Source: an uncultured bacterium (GTDB lineage: Bacteria > JAJVIF01 > JAPKYR01). Taken from it: a DNA stretch of 18,682 nucleotides. Below, one piece after another: positions 1-7,720 of the stretch. The notes below the pieces were generated by a model that was not told the origin of the DNA, searched no databases, and saw only the letters and a program-made list of their open reading frames with translations. The stretch is taken from the NCBI GenBank assembly GCA_965369865.1, contig CBDURU010000070.1, forward strand, positions 1 to 18,682, given 5' to 3'. Positions within the stretch are counted from its first letter, which is position 1; every line of letters starts with the position of its first letter. Made by a program: the position numbers and the translations under genes.

Positions 1-288
1 TACTAACCTGCGCGTTGATTTAGAATTTTCTTGTAGGGGCAGTGCTTGCTCTGCCCACCAGGGACGCAGCAAGCAGCGTTCCTACTGTTTATACTTACTA
101 ACCTGCGCGTTGATTTAGAATTTTCTTGTAGGGGCAGTGCTTGCTCTGCCTATCAGCTCTGCCTATCAGGGACGCAGCAAGCAGCGTACCTACTGTTTAT
201 ACTTACTAACCTGCGCGTTGATTTAGGATTTCCTTGTAGGGGCAGTGCTTGCTCTGCCCACCAGGGACGCAGCAAGCAGCGTACCTAC
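1..288. repeat. Tandem array of 95-bp units, each containing an inverted pair of GTAG-type REP-like palindromes (BIME/REPIN-like); truncated at window start
   Basis: Units start at 1, 96 and 204. Unit 2 is 108 bp because GCTCTGCCTATCA is duplicated at 143-168. Each unit has GTAG-GGGCAG-TGCTTGCT-CTGCCC on + and GTAG-G(A/T)ACGC-TGCTTGCT-GCGTCCC on -. Confidence 0.85.
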
Positions 289-334
289 ATATTTTTATAA
301 TTCACGAACCATGTGAGGCACAATAACCATGCCC

Positions 335-1036
335 TCAGCCCAACCCCCTTAATAATCCATTTATTTTTCTCACAGCATCTTCATCCTCAGCCTGTTCAGC
401 CAATAACAATGCTTCATCCAGATGCGCGCGCGCTTTTTCGATATCCTCCCGCTCGATGAAAATTTCGGCGAGGCTGGTTCGCAATTCATACCCGATCTCC
501 GTTACCGTCAGGACAATCGAGAGATGATGCACCACCTTATCGTTATCGCCGGCTTCCAGCGCCAGTCGTCCGAGGGCATTATGGGCAGGGATGCTTTCAG
601 GCTCCCATCCAAGTGCGATCCACAAACCATCCATCGCTTCAGAAACCAGATCGGCACGGTCCGGAGCATCCAAGGGAATATTGTTAAGGACAATATCGGC
701 GAAATTCAGGTAAGCAATTCCCTTTAACGGATTATCTCCGTCCATCGCACCAAGTATTCTCGCCTGCTCCAATGCTTCGGCATACATTTCGGCAAGTCCC
801 AGAGCAACCAGAAATGCGTAGCGGACATTTGGATCATCTGGATGTTCATCGACATCACGCCTGAGAGTATCCAGGTCAGGTCCGGCACGGTTCGGGTCGA
901 GCGGCGGGTCATCGCCGCTGGGTTCAGGGATAATTCTCTCGAATTCCGGGACATCGGCATCCACCGTATCATTCGAGCATGACCATAACGGCATTACCAC
1001 GGCAAAAATAAGAAAAAGAGCACAGACATGTTTCAT
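335..1036 (-). CDS. Lipoprotein with TPR-like helical repeats
   Basis: 233-aa ORF with signal peptide and lipobox-like PLWSC. TPR-like segments include PESIPAHNALGRLALEAGDNDKVVHHL and LAEIFIEREDIEKARAHLDEALLL. Confidence 0.75.
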   Translation of the reverse strand: MKHVCALFLIFAVVMPLWSCSNDTVDADVPEFERIIPEPSGDDPPLDPNRAGPDLDTLRRDVDEHPDDPNVRYAFLVALGLAEMYAEALEQARILGAMDGDNPLKGIAYLNFADIVLNNIPLDAPDRADLVSEAMDGLWIALGWEPESIPAHNALGRLALEAGDNDKVVHHLSIVLTVTEIGYELRTSLAEIFIEREDIEKARAHLDEALLLAEQAEDEDAVRKINGLLRGLG

Positions 1037-1067
1037 AATTCACCATCCGCGGAGTGTCTATCGTGGA

Positions 1068-1076
1068 ATTATAGCA
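1068..1076 (-). promoter_or_regulatory. Extended -10 promoter (TGcTATAAT) for the TPR lipoprotein
   Basis: Plus-strand ATTATAGCA reads TGCTATAAT on the minus strand, about 30 nt upstream of the ATG at 1036. Confidence 0.55.
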
Positions 1077-1132
1077 GAAACCGTTCAATTGCTTTTTTAG
1101 ACTACATATATCCGGCGAGGTTTAAAACGCTC

Positions 1133-1141
1133 TGGTATAAT
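1133..1141 (+). promoter_or_regulatory. Extended -10 promoter (TGgTATAAT) for the antiporter gene
   Basis: Perfect TGnTATAAT ending 10 nt before the ATG at 1152. Confidence 0.6.
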
Positions 1142-1151
1142 CGCAGAATAA

Positions 1152-2285
1152 ATGGAAGAACAGGGGAACAGCGAACTTACGCGTTCATTCATAATCGGGC
1201 TCCTCATCGCCACAGCGGGAGTACTCGCGATCGAATTCGGGCTTTCAGTTGCCGTGCTTGAGATCGCCGCGGGATTCATCGCGCGCAATGTAATTGGGAT
1301 ATGGCACGCGGACTGGGTTGATTTTATAGCGGATTTCGGCCTGATAACGCTCATGTTTATCGCGGGATTCGAGGTCGATCTCCCGATGCTTAGGAAAAAT
1401 CTCGGCAAGAGTACCGTGGTCGGCGGATTGAGTTTTATCGTTCCGTTCGCGGGTTCCTACGGCATTTCCCACCTTCTTGGAATGGGTCACGATGCCGCGA
1501 TAATTGTGGCGATCGGAATGTCGACCACCAGTCTCGCCCTTGTTTTTCCGGTACTCAGGGAAAAGGGACTTCTCAGTAACGCCCCCGGACAGTTTCTGTT
1601 ATCGTCGGCGATGGTGGTCGATATCACCAGCGTCATCGTACTCATTGTATTTTTTATCGAGCCCGGTTGGGAGTTGCTGATCGGGATGGTCGGGCTCATC
1701 GTAATATTCTTAACCGCGCCAATAATTTCGAGATGGCTTTTCGGGCGCTGGCGTGGAAACCTGATCGAGATGGAAGTCAGGTTCATCCTGTTCACGCTAA
1801 TAGCCCTCCTGTTTATAGCGCAAATATCGGAAGTCCATGCGGCCCTGACCGGATTCGTTTTCGGGGTGGTAATGAGCTCAATTCTCAGGAAGCATTACCA
1901 GGTAGAGGAGAAGATCAGGAGCCTGGTGTTCAGTTTTTTCGCCCCGGTATTTTTCTTCGTGGCAGGCAGCCAGATGGATATCAGCCAGTTTAGCTGGAAG
2001 GACGCACTGTTTGTATTAATCTTCTCGCCTGTCGCGTTCCTGTTGAAATTCGGCGGCACATACTACCCATTTTCCTGGTTCGGGTGCAAACTTAACAGGT
2101 TCGGGGCATTGTTATTTAATTACCGGCTTTCGTTCGCGATTGTCGCGGCATTGTTCGGACTTCAGACCGGACGGGTATCGGCGGGAGAGTATTCCGCCAT
2201 TATGTGCGTGGTGTTGATTACAAGCCTCGGCACAGCCCTGCTATTGAAATTCCGCCCGGATATCGAGCATCCTCCGATGGAGTGA
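1152..2285 (+). CDS. Cation:proton antiporter, CPA2/Kef-type membrane domain (Na_H_Exchanger family)
   Basis: 377 aa with about 12 hydrophobic segments. Motifs LMFIAGFEVD, MSTTSLALVFPVL, AMVVDITS and FFAPVFFFVAG. No C-terminal KTN domain. Confidence 0.9.
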   Translation: MEEQGNSELTRSFIIGLLIATAGVLAIEFGLSVAVLEIAAGFIARNVIGIWHADWVDFIADFGLITLMFIAGFEVDLPMLRKNLGKSTVVGGLSFIVPFAGSYGISHLLGMGHDAAIIVAIGMSTTSLALVFPVLREKGLLSNAPGQFLLSSAMVVDITSVIVLIVFFIEPGWELLIGMVGLIVIFLTAPIISRWLFGRWRGNLIEMEVRFILFTLIALLFIAQISEVHAALTGFVFGVVMSSILRKHYQVEEKIRSLVFSFFAPVFFFVAGSQMDISQFSWKDALFVLIFSPVAFLLKFGGTYYPFSWFGCKLNRFGALLFNYRLSFAIVAALFGLQTGRVSAGEYSAIMCVVLITSLGTALLLKFRPDIEHPPME

Positions 2286-2304
2286 AACCTGCTCTGGTTA
2301 AACC

Positions 2305-3273
2305 TTACTCCAGATAATCTCCAACGTAATCGGCGACCATCACGGTAATCGGGTCCCGAAGTGTCAAAGCCAGCTCCCTGACCCTCTCTGCGGCTGCAAG
2401 AAACTCGTTCACGGTATCCCGGTATAAATCCTCGAAATCCTCGTCCCAGTATTCACCCTCCGATGTACTAATCGCAGATTCAAGATTGTTGAGAATATCC
2501 AAAGCCTCATCGAGTTCTTCTATTGACACTTCGGACTGCTTCCCATTGCCGGCAATTACATCACCCAGGAATTCTTCACGCCACGATTGCGTTCTTATCC
2601 CGAAATGTGTCGCGCCGGTTCCCATGAAAAACATGACTGAATAGTAACCCCATTCAAAATCCTCCAGAACCTCCCTCAATTCGAAAAACCGGTCCTGCTC
2701 ATCATCCGGGAAATTTTCCACCAGCAAATCATTTTCATCCGCCTTGCAGTCACCATAGATCTGGGCGACCCGGTCCTCTCCCCTTTCCGACAACCAGCCG
2801 TACGCATCTCCGGATTCAAGAAGTAAGTCATCTACAAATTCGAAATATCCTTCGATCCCCATTTCCAGAATATCCTGACATACCATCCCTGAAAGCGTGA
2901 AATACACAGTGATTGTCACATCCGTGTTTCGTCCCGCTTCGACCCTTACGCCCTTTGTTTCTCCCATCAGAATTTCACCGAAATCGAAGAACAGCAATTG
3001 GTAAGTACCCGGGGCTATTCCCTCAAAATAAAATTCTCCCGACTCGTCCAGATTCCAGAATTCTGCAATGTATGCGTCATTTATGAGGAGTTCGACCGTT
3101 CCATCAATTTTTCCGCCATCAATGACAAAAATCGTTCCTGAAATTGTCCCGGTTGTGTCACGGGATTGGGGGATATCCCAGTCCTGGGCGTGTACCGAGC
3201 CGGATAAAACCATCATTAATAGTACGATCAGGATAATAGAACTTCGGGCCATTTGTCTCTTGTAGTCGATCAT
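2305..3273 (-). CDS. Secreted acidic hypothetical protein with N-terminal carboxypeptidase-regulatory-like (prealbumin-fold) domain
   Basis: Signal peptide ending VHA-Q, pattern GTISGTI...DESGEFYFEGIAPGTYQL...VRVEAGRNTDVTI, and GGAGG upstream. Confidence 0.7.
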   Translation of the reverse strand: MIDYKRQMARSSIILIVLLMMVLSGSVHAQDWDIPQSRDTTGTISGTIFVIDGGKIDGTVELLINDAYIAEFWNLDESGEFYFEGIAPGTYQLLFFDFGEILMGETKGVRVEAGRNTDVTITVYFTLSGMVCQDILEMGIEGYFEFVDDLLLESGDAYGWLSERGEDRVAQIYGDCKADENDLLVENFPDDEQDRFFELREVLEDFEWGYYSVMFFMGTGATHFGIRTQSWREEFLGDVIAGNGKQSEVSIEELDEALDILNNLESAISTSEGEYWDEDFEDLYRDTVNEFLAAAERVRELALTLRDPITVMVADYVGDYLE

Positions 3274-3331
3274 AATTTAAGATGTCCTCCGTAAAGCGAC
3301 TTTAACAGACCGTGGAAACTTAATCAATGGG

Positions 3332-3559
3332 ATGAAAAATTACTGGATTTTTTATCATCAAATCAGAAAAAGTAGGAGGTTTACCAGACTGACAAACGCC
3401 TTCTCAAAGAAGGTTGAAAATCTCAGTCATGTGGTTTCACTTCATTTCATGTATTACAACTTCGCACGGATTCATAAGACACTGAGAGTTAGCCCTGCAA
3501 TGGAGGCAGGGATTGATCAGCATCTTTGGACAATTGAGGAAATTGCAGAATTGGTCTAG
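3332..3559 (+). pseudogene. C-terminal remnant of an IS1-family DDE transposase
   Basis: RRFTRLTNAFSKKVENL..HFMYYNFARIHKTLRVSPAMEAGI..HLWTIEEI is the characteristic C-terminus of IS1-like transposases. The N-terminus and DDE core are absent, and similarity starts near 3370. Confidence 0.8.
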
Positions 3560-3601
3560 ACCCCATAGGGTTATGCGACTCTACACAACAGCCTGAAACG
3601 G

Positions 3602-3632
3602 TTGACAAAACTGTTGACTTATGGTATATAAT
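3602..3632 (+). promoter_or_regulatory. Sigma70-type promoter upstream of the NYN leader
   Basis: TTGACA at 3602-3607 and TATAAT at 3627-3632 (19-bp spacer, longer than the optimal 17). A second TTGACT lies at 3614-3619. Confidence 0.55.
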
Positions 3633-3639
3633 TAGTACA

Positions 3640-3697
3640 ACCCTCTTAGGTCTCGTACCTAAAAGGCGCTATGGTCGTAGTGGCCATAGTTTTTTTT
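3640..3697 (+). ncRNA. Candidate small structured leader RNA (hairpin plus intrinsic terminator) upstream of the NYN gene
   Basis: Hairpin 1 is TTAGGT-ctcgt-ACCTAA (3646-3662). Hairpin 2 is GCTATGGTC-gtagt-GGCCATAGT (3668-3690), followed by a T run to 3697 and then RBS AAGGAG. Confidence 0.5.
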
Positions 3698-3710
3698 AAG
3701 GAGAGGCGCA

Positions 3711-4328
3711 ATGACAGGTTCTGCACCTAGGGTAGTTTATTTTTTCGACGGCTTCAACTTTTTCCACGCAATCCACGAACATGATCGAACCCTTCTTTGG
3801 CTTGATTATACAAGATTGGCTCGTGTATTAACCCCTAAGTCTAAATCGATTGAGAAAGTTGTGCTATTTACCGCATATGCTACCTGGAAACCACAAAGCC
3901 ATAAAAGGCACAAACTTTATTTATCAGCGTTAAGGTCAAGGGGAGTCGAGATCGTGAAGGGGAAGTTCTATAAAAAGAAAAGGGAGTGTCACAATTGCCA
4001 TAGGACTTATACTACCCATGAAGAAAAGCAAACGGATGTGAATATTGCGGTCAATTTATTATCATGGGCTATGACTGATAAATATGACGAACTTGTATTA
4101 GGCACAACCGATTCAGATTTAATTCCAGCAATACGCATCATGAATGATTTGTTCCCGGAAAAGAAAGTAAAGCTGCTTTTCCCGATTGGGCGAAATTCCA
4201 TAGATCTGAGGGCCTTGCCAAATGATGTAATGACCACTAGTGAAAAAACACTCAAAAGCTGCCAGCTGCCAAATAACGTAACACTTAGAGATGGCAGTGT
4301 AGTTAGTAGACCTCCTCTCTGGTCTTAA
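3711..4328 (+). CDS. NYN-domain (LabA/DUF88, PIN-fold) predicted ribonuclease
   Basis: Motifs FFDGFN, EEKQTDV and TTDSDL match the NYN acidic catalytic set. CHNC insert, good RBS, visibly AT-richer than secA. Confidence 0.9.
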   Translation: MTGSAPRVVYFFDGFNFFHAIHEHDRTLLWLDYTRLARVLTPKSKSIEKVVLFTAYATWKPQSHKRHKLYLSALRSRGVEIVKGKFYKKKRECHNCHRTYTTHEEKQTDVNIAVNLLSWAMTDKYDELVLGTTDSDLIPAIRIMNDLFPEKKVKLLFPIGRNSIDLRALPNDVMTTSEKTLKSCQLPNNVTLRDGSVVSRPPLWS

Positions 4329-4329
4329 T

Positions 4330-4388
4330 TCAAATTTGGACACTACATTTAATCATCCCTCAATATTTTTTCAAACTGACCCACTACC
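4330..4388. mobile_element. Two nested putative right ends of the IS1-family element
   Basis: TCAAATTTGGACACTAC (4330-4346) and TCAAACTGACCCACTACC (4371-4388) share 12/17 nt. The outer copy reads GGTAGTG.. on -, fitting the IS1-family GGnnnTG terminus. Confidence 0.55.
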
Positions 4389-4403
4389 AAAAACCATGCA
4401 TCC

Positions 4404-4431
4404 TTGCTCGAATTCCAATGTCATGTATAAT
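4404..4431 (+). promoter_or_regulatory. Putative secA promoter
   Basis: TTGCTC (4404-4409), 16-bp spacer, TATAAT (4426-4431), about 50 nt upstream of the secA start. Confidence 0.45.
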
Positions 4432-4479
4432 TGAAAGGTTGTCCTGTCGCCTGATGATGGATGATAAGGCTGGAAAAAT

Positions 4480-7035
4480 ATGGTCGAACTGAAAACGTTT
4501 TTTAGCAAGTTACTGAAAATCGAGGAGCGCGATCTTAAACGTTTAAGCATCCAGGTCGACCAGATCTCGTCACAGGAACCCCGCATTAAAAAAATGTCGG
4601 ATTCCGAATTGCGGGACACTATCCAGAAATGGCGAGAACCGCTCAAGGAAGTCCGCGATGATTTTGAGAAGCGGGAAGAGAAAATGCAGGAGGCGATCCC
4701 CGAGGTGTTCGCCTGCGTTCGTGAAGCAGCGGTCAGGACACTCGGCGAACGCCCCTATGATGTCCAGTTAATTGCGGGACTCGTGCTCCATGAAGGCCGT
4801 ATAACGGAAGCCAAAACCGGTGAAGGAAAAACCCTCGCCGCGACGCTTCCACTCACTCTTAACTCACTTGCGGGATATGGCGCGCACCTGGTAACAGTTA
4901 ATGATTACCTTGCGAAACGAGACGCCGAATGGATGGGTCCGATCTACGAACTGATCGGGCTCAGGATCGCGTTCCTTCACAACGGACAGCAACGTGACGC
5001 CAGGGTCGACGCGTACGGCGCGGATATAACGCACGGGACCAATTCCGAATTCGGATTCGATTACCTCCGCGACAACATGGTCGTGAGCAGTGAGAACCGT
5101 GTGCAGAAGAAACTCTATTACGCGATCGTCGATGAGGTCGACAGCATCCTGATCGATGAGGCGCGTACACCGTTGATTATTTCCGGGCAGCCGCAACAGG
5201 CGACACAGGAATACATCCGGTACGACCGTATCGTCCGGCGGTTACGGAAGGATGTCCATTACGAACTGGACGAGAAGGAAAAACATACCTCCATGACCGA
5301 GGAAGGGATTGACTCGGTCGAAAAAGCCCTTGCAATCGACGATTTGTATGACCCGGATAACTCAGTGCACGCGCATCATATCCAACTTGCCCTGAAAGCC
5401 CATTCGATATTCGTGAAGGATGTCGATTACGTGGTCAAGGACGGGCAGGTAATAATAGTCGATGAATTTACCGGACGGCTGATGATCGGCCGGAGGTTCT
5501 CGGAGGGGCAGCACCAGGCGATCGAGGCGAAGGAAAACGTTCGGGTCCAGAGCGAAACCCAGACGATGGCGACGATTACAATCCAGAATTACTATCGTCT
5601 ATATGAAAAACTCGCCGGTATGACGGGTACTGCCAAAACCGAGGAGGAAGAGTTCAGGAATATTTATGGCATGGACGTTGTCGTGATTCCAACACATGAA
5701 CCTCTCGCCCGTCTCGACATGTCAGACCTGGTTTATAAAACAAAGAAAGGTAAATTCAATGCGATCGTGGAAGAGCTCAGGGAATGCCACAAAAAAGGCC
5801 AGCCGGTGCTGGTCGGAACCACCGCGGTAGAGACATCGGAGATGCTGGCGGCGATGCTTAAACGGGCGAAGATTCCCCACAATGTTCTGAACGCCAAGAA
5901 TCACGAACGCGAGGCGGACATAATCAAGAACGCCGGGCAGCAGAAATCAATCACCATCGCGACGAACATGGCCGGTCGGGGAACCGATATCAAGCTGGGA
6001 GAAGGGGTACTGGATCTGGGCGGCCTGCACATAATCGGAACTGAAAGGCACGAATCGCGGCGGATCGACAACCAGCTTCGCGGGCGATCCGGCCGCCAGG
6101 GCGACGTGGGATCATCGAGGTTTTACGTAAGCCTTGAAGACGATCTCATGCGGATTTTCGGCGGCGACCGTGTAAAGGACCTTATGGACCGCTTCGGTCT
6201 TGAAGAGGATATGGCGATCGAACACAGGATGGTCACAAAACAGATTGAGAACGCGCAGAAGAAAGTTGAAGGGCACAATTTCGATATCCGTAAGCATATC
6301 CTCAAATACGACGACATCATGGAAAGGCAGAGGACCGTTATATACCGCGACCGTAACGCGGTTCTCGATGGTCAGGACATCAAGAACAAGCTGCTTGGGT
6401 ATATCGACAACATTGTCGAAGCGGCTGTCAACGACTACTGCAATCCCAAGCTGAAAAAACACGAATGGAACCTTGAGGAACTCCTGACCAAGTTGCGTAC
6501 GGCGCTTCCGATCGGAAAATCGATACAACTTTCCGAGCTTGAGGAAAAATCGCATGAAGAACTGATCGAAATATTCACAAAGCAGGGGAAGAAGTTTTAC
6601 GAACTCAAGGAAAAACAGATCGCGGAAACAAACATGGACATGCGCGAACTGGAGCGGTACGTGGTGCTGAACCTGCTCGACCGTCACTGGGTGGATCACC
6701 TTCGCGGGCTCGACGATCTTCGCGACGGGATCGGCATGCAATCGTACGCGCAGAAAGACCCGCTGGTTGTTTACACGAAGGAATCGCACCTGATGTTCGA
6801 GGCGATGTACCTTAGATTCAAGGAGGAATCACTCAGGTTTATTTTCGCAGCGCAGCTTGTGAAGAGGGATAAGTCCATTTACGACAGCTCGATGACAGCA
6901 TCACACGGCGGGACGAGAGGAAAGAAAAAGCCTGTTGTCAAGAAGGCAAAGATCGGCAGGAATGACCCTTGCCCGTGCGGGAGCGGGAAGAAGTACAAAC
7001 ACTGCTGCGGAAAAGCCGGACAAGCGAAGGCCTGA
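4480..7035 (+). CDS. secA: Preprotein translocase ATPase SecA
   Basis: 851 aa with motifs KTGEGKT, VTVNDYLA, IVDEVDSILIDEARTPLIIS, TNMAGRGTDI, RHESRRIDNQLRGRSGRQGD and the C-terminal SEC-C GRNDPCPCGSGKKYKHCC. Confidence 0.99.
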   Translation: MVELKTFFSKLLKIEERDLKRLSIQVDQISSQEPRIKKMSDSELRDTIQKWREPLKEVRDDFEKREEKMQEAIPEVFACVREAAVRTLGERPYDVQLIAGLVLHEGRITEAKTGEGKTLAATLPLTLNSLAGYGAHLVTVNDYLAKRDAEWMGPIYELIGLRIAFLHNGQQRDARVDAYGADITHGTNSEFGFDYLRDNMVVSSENRVQKKLYYAIVDEVDSILIDEARTPLIISGQPQQATQEYIRYDRIVRRLRKDVHYELDEKEKHTSMTEEGIDSVEKALAIDDLYDPDNSVHAHHIQLALKAHSIFVKDVDYVVKDGQVIIVDEFTGRLMIGRRFSEGQHQAIEAKENVRVQSETQTMATITIQNYYRLYEKLAGMTGTAKTEEEEFRNIYGMDVVVIPTHEPLARLDMSDLVYKTKKGKFNAIVEELRECHKKGQPVLVGTTAVETSEMLAAMLKRAKIPHNVLNAKNHEREADIIKNAGQQKSITIATNMAGRGTDIKLGEGVLDLGGLHIIGTERHESRRIDNQLRGRSGRQGDVGSSRFYVSLEDDLMRIFGGDRVKDLMDRFGLEEDMAIEHRMVTKQIENAQKKVEGHNFDIRKHILKYDDIMERQRTVIYRDRNAVLDGQDIKNKLLGYIDNIVEAAVNDYCNPKLKKHEWNLEELLTKLRTALPIGKSIQLSELEEKSHEELIEIFTKQGKKFYELKEKQIAETNMDMRELERYVVLNLLDRHWVDHLRGLDDLRDGIGMQSYAQKDPLVVYTKESHLMFEAMYLRFKEESLRFIFAAQLVKRDKSIYDSSMTASHGGTRGKKKPVVKKAKIGRNDPCPCGSGKKYKHCCGKAGQAKA

Positions 7036-7095
7036 GGTTGAAGCCGCCGGTGACGGTATAGAAATCCGTACCCAAATTTTATGAATTGTTACAAT

Positions 7096-7119
7096 AAGGG
7101 ATTAGCATATCCCTTTTTT
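7096..7119 (+). terminator. Intrinsic terminator of secA
   Basis: AAGGGAT-tagcat-ATCCCTT followed by TTTT and a long pyrimidine tract. Confidence 0.65.
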
Positions 7120-7166
7120 CTTTCTTACTTTCTTTCTTTTTTCTTACCCCTTTCCTGTTTTTATTT

Positions 7167-7395
7167 GAACCCGGCGCGCGATAAGGCAGTTTAGTGCCCG
7201 AACGGCCATGTAATATCGACCGCTGACTTGCCCCGGCATTGACAGGGTTTGGCAGACTCCCCTTGTTACTCCGACCGTGAAGGCCGTGTCAAGCCGTAAA
7301 ACTTCTCCGCCTTCGCTACGGCTGTGGCGGGCCGAAGGAGGCGTAAATGGTTACTAGCGCTCAGCTTCAAGAGCTGGAAATCGCGCGCCGGGTTC
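7167..7395. other. 229-bp non-coding segment bounded by a perfect 16-bp inverted repeat
   Basis: GAACCCGGCGCGCGAT (7167-7182) is the exact reverse complement of ATCGCGCGCCGGGTTC (7380-7395). An internal stem spans 7234-7296. Confidence 0.6.
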
Positions 7396-7422
7396 CGTTG
7401 TAAATGATTGTATAACTCACAG

Positions 7423-7595
7423 ACCTGGCCTAAGTCTGTGCGTAAAAACATCCCTTCACTTACTATTAGGACATGTTCGGGGGTGATTGGCGCATGGTAT
7501 AATGAAAAAACAGGGACTGGAGAATGATTCACGGCGACAAGGCATCGAGGAATTTATTTATGGAACCCGGAAAGTGCATTTCCGGGCTACGAGCT
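7423..7595 (+). repeat. Left copy of direct repeat: 144-bp promoter-bearing block (7423-7566) fused to a 33-bp REP-containing block (7563-7595)
   Basis: 7423-7566 aligns without gaps to 8980-9123 (offset 1557, scattered substitutions). 7563-7595 is identical to 9263-9295. Confidence 0.9.
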
Positions 7596-7652
7596 ATTAG
7601 GACATGTTTGGGGGTGTTTGGCGCATGGTATAATGAAAAAACAGGGACTGGA
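7594..7652 (+). promoter_or_regulatory. Extra copy of the 59-bp promoter module with extended -10 TGGTATAAT, likely driving the HEAT-repeat gene
   Basis: CTATTAGGACATGTT..GGCGCATGGTATAAT..CAGGGACTGGA occurs at 7463-7521, 7594-7652 and 9020-9078. Confidence 0.7.
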
Positions 7653-7720
7653 TTCACCAACAGACATGCCTTCGCTCAGTCTGTGGGCGCCACCCGACTA
7701 CTATTAAGGAGGAATTATAT

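Noticed and set aside
1..300. CRISPR array or 84-aa ORF 46..300
   Set aside because: The whole 95-bp unit is repeated, including the linker. The ORF is a translation of the repeat.
4864..6789. Long antisense ORFs within secA (also those within 9431..10177, the ABC genes and 15442..16992)
   Set aside because: Shadow frames of well-supported genes on the opposite strand.
7160..7182. tRNA T-arm-like GGGTTCAAAT on the minus strand (possible att site)
   Set aside because: There is no pairing 3' half of the T stem, no acceptor stem and no cloverleaf.
7183..7265. c-di-GMP-I or cobalamin riboswitch on the minus strand (GCCAAACCC..., ACTGCC)
   Set aside because: It lacks the GNRA tetraloop and GCAAA junction, and the B12-box motifs. 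No downstream gene exists in that orientation.
7167..7395. Retron msr-msd (a1/a2 inverted repeats)
   Set aside because: No reverse transcriptase gene lies adjacent or anywhere in the window.
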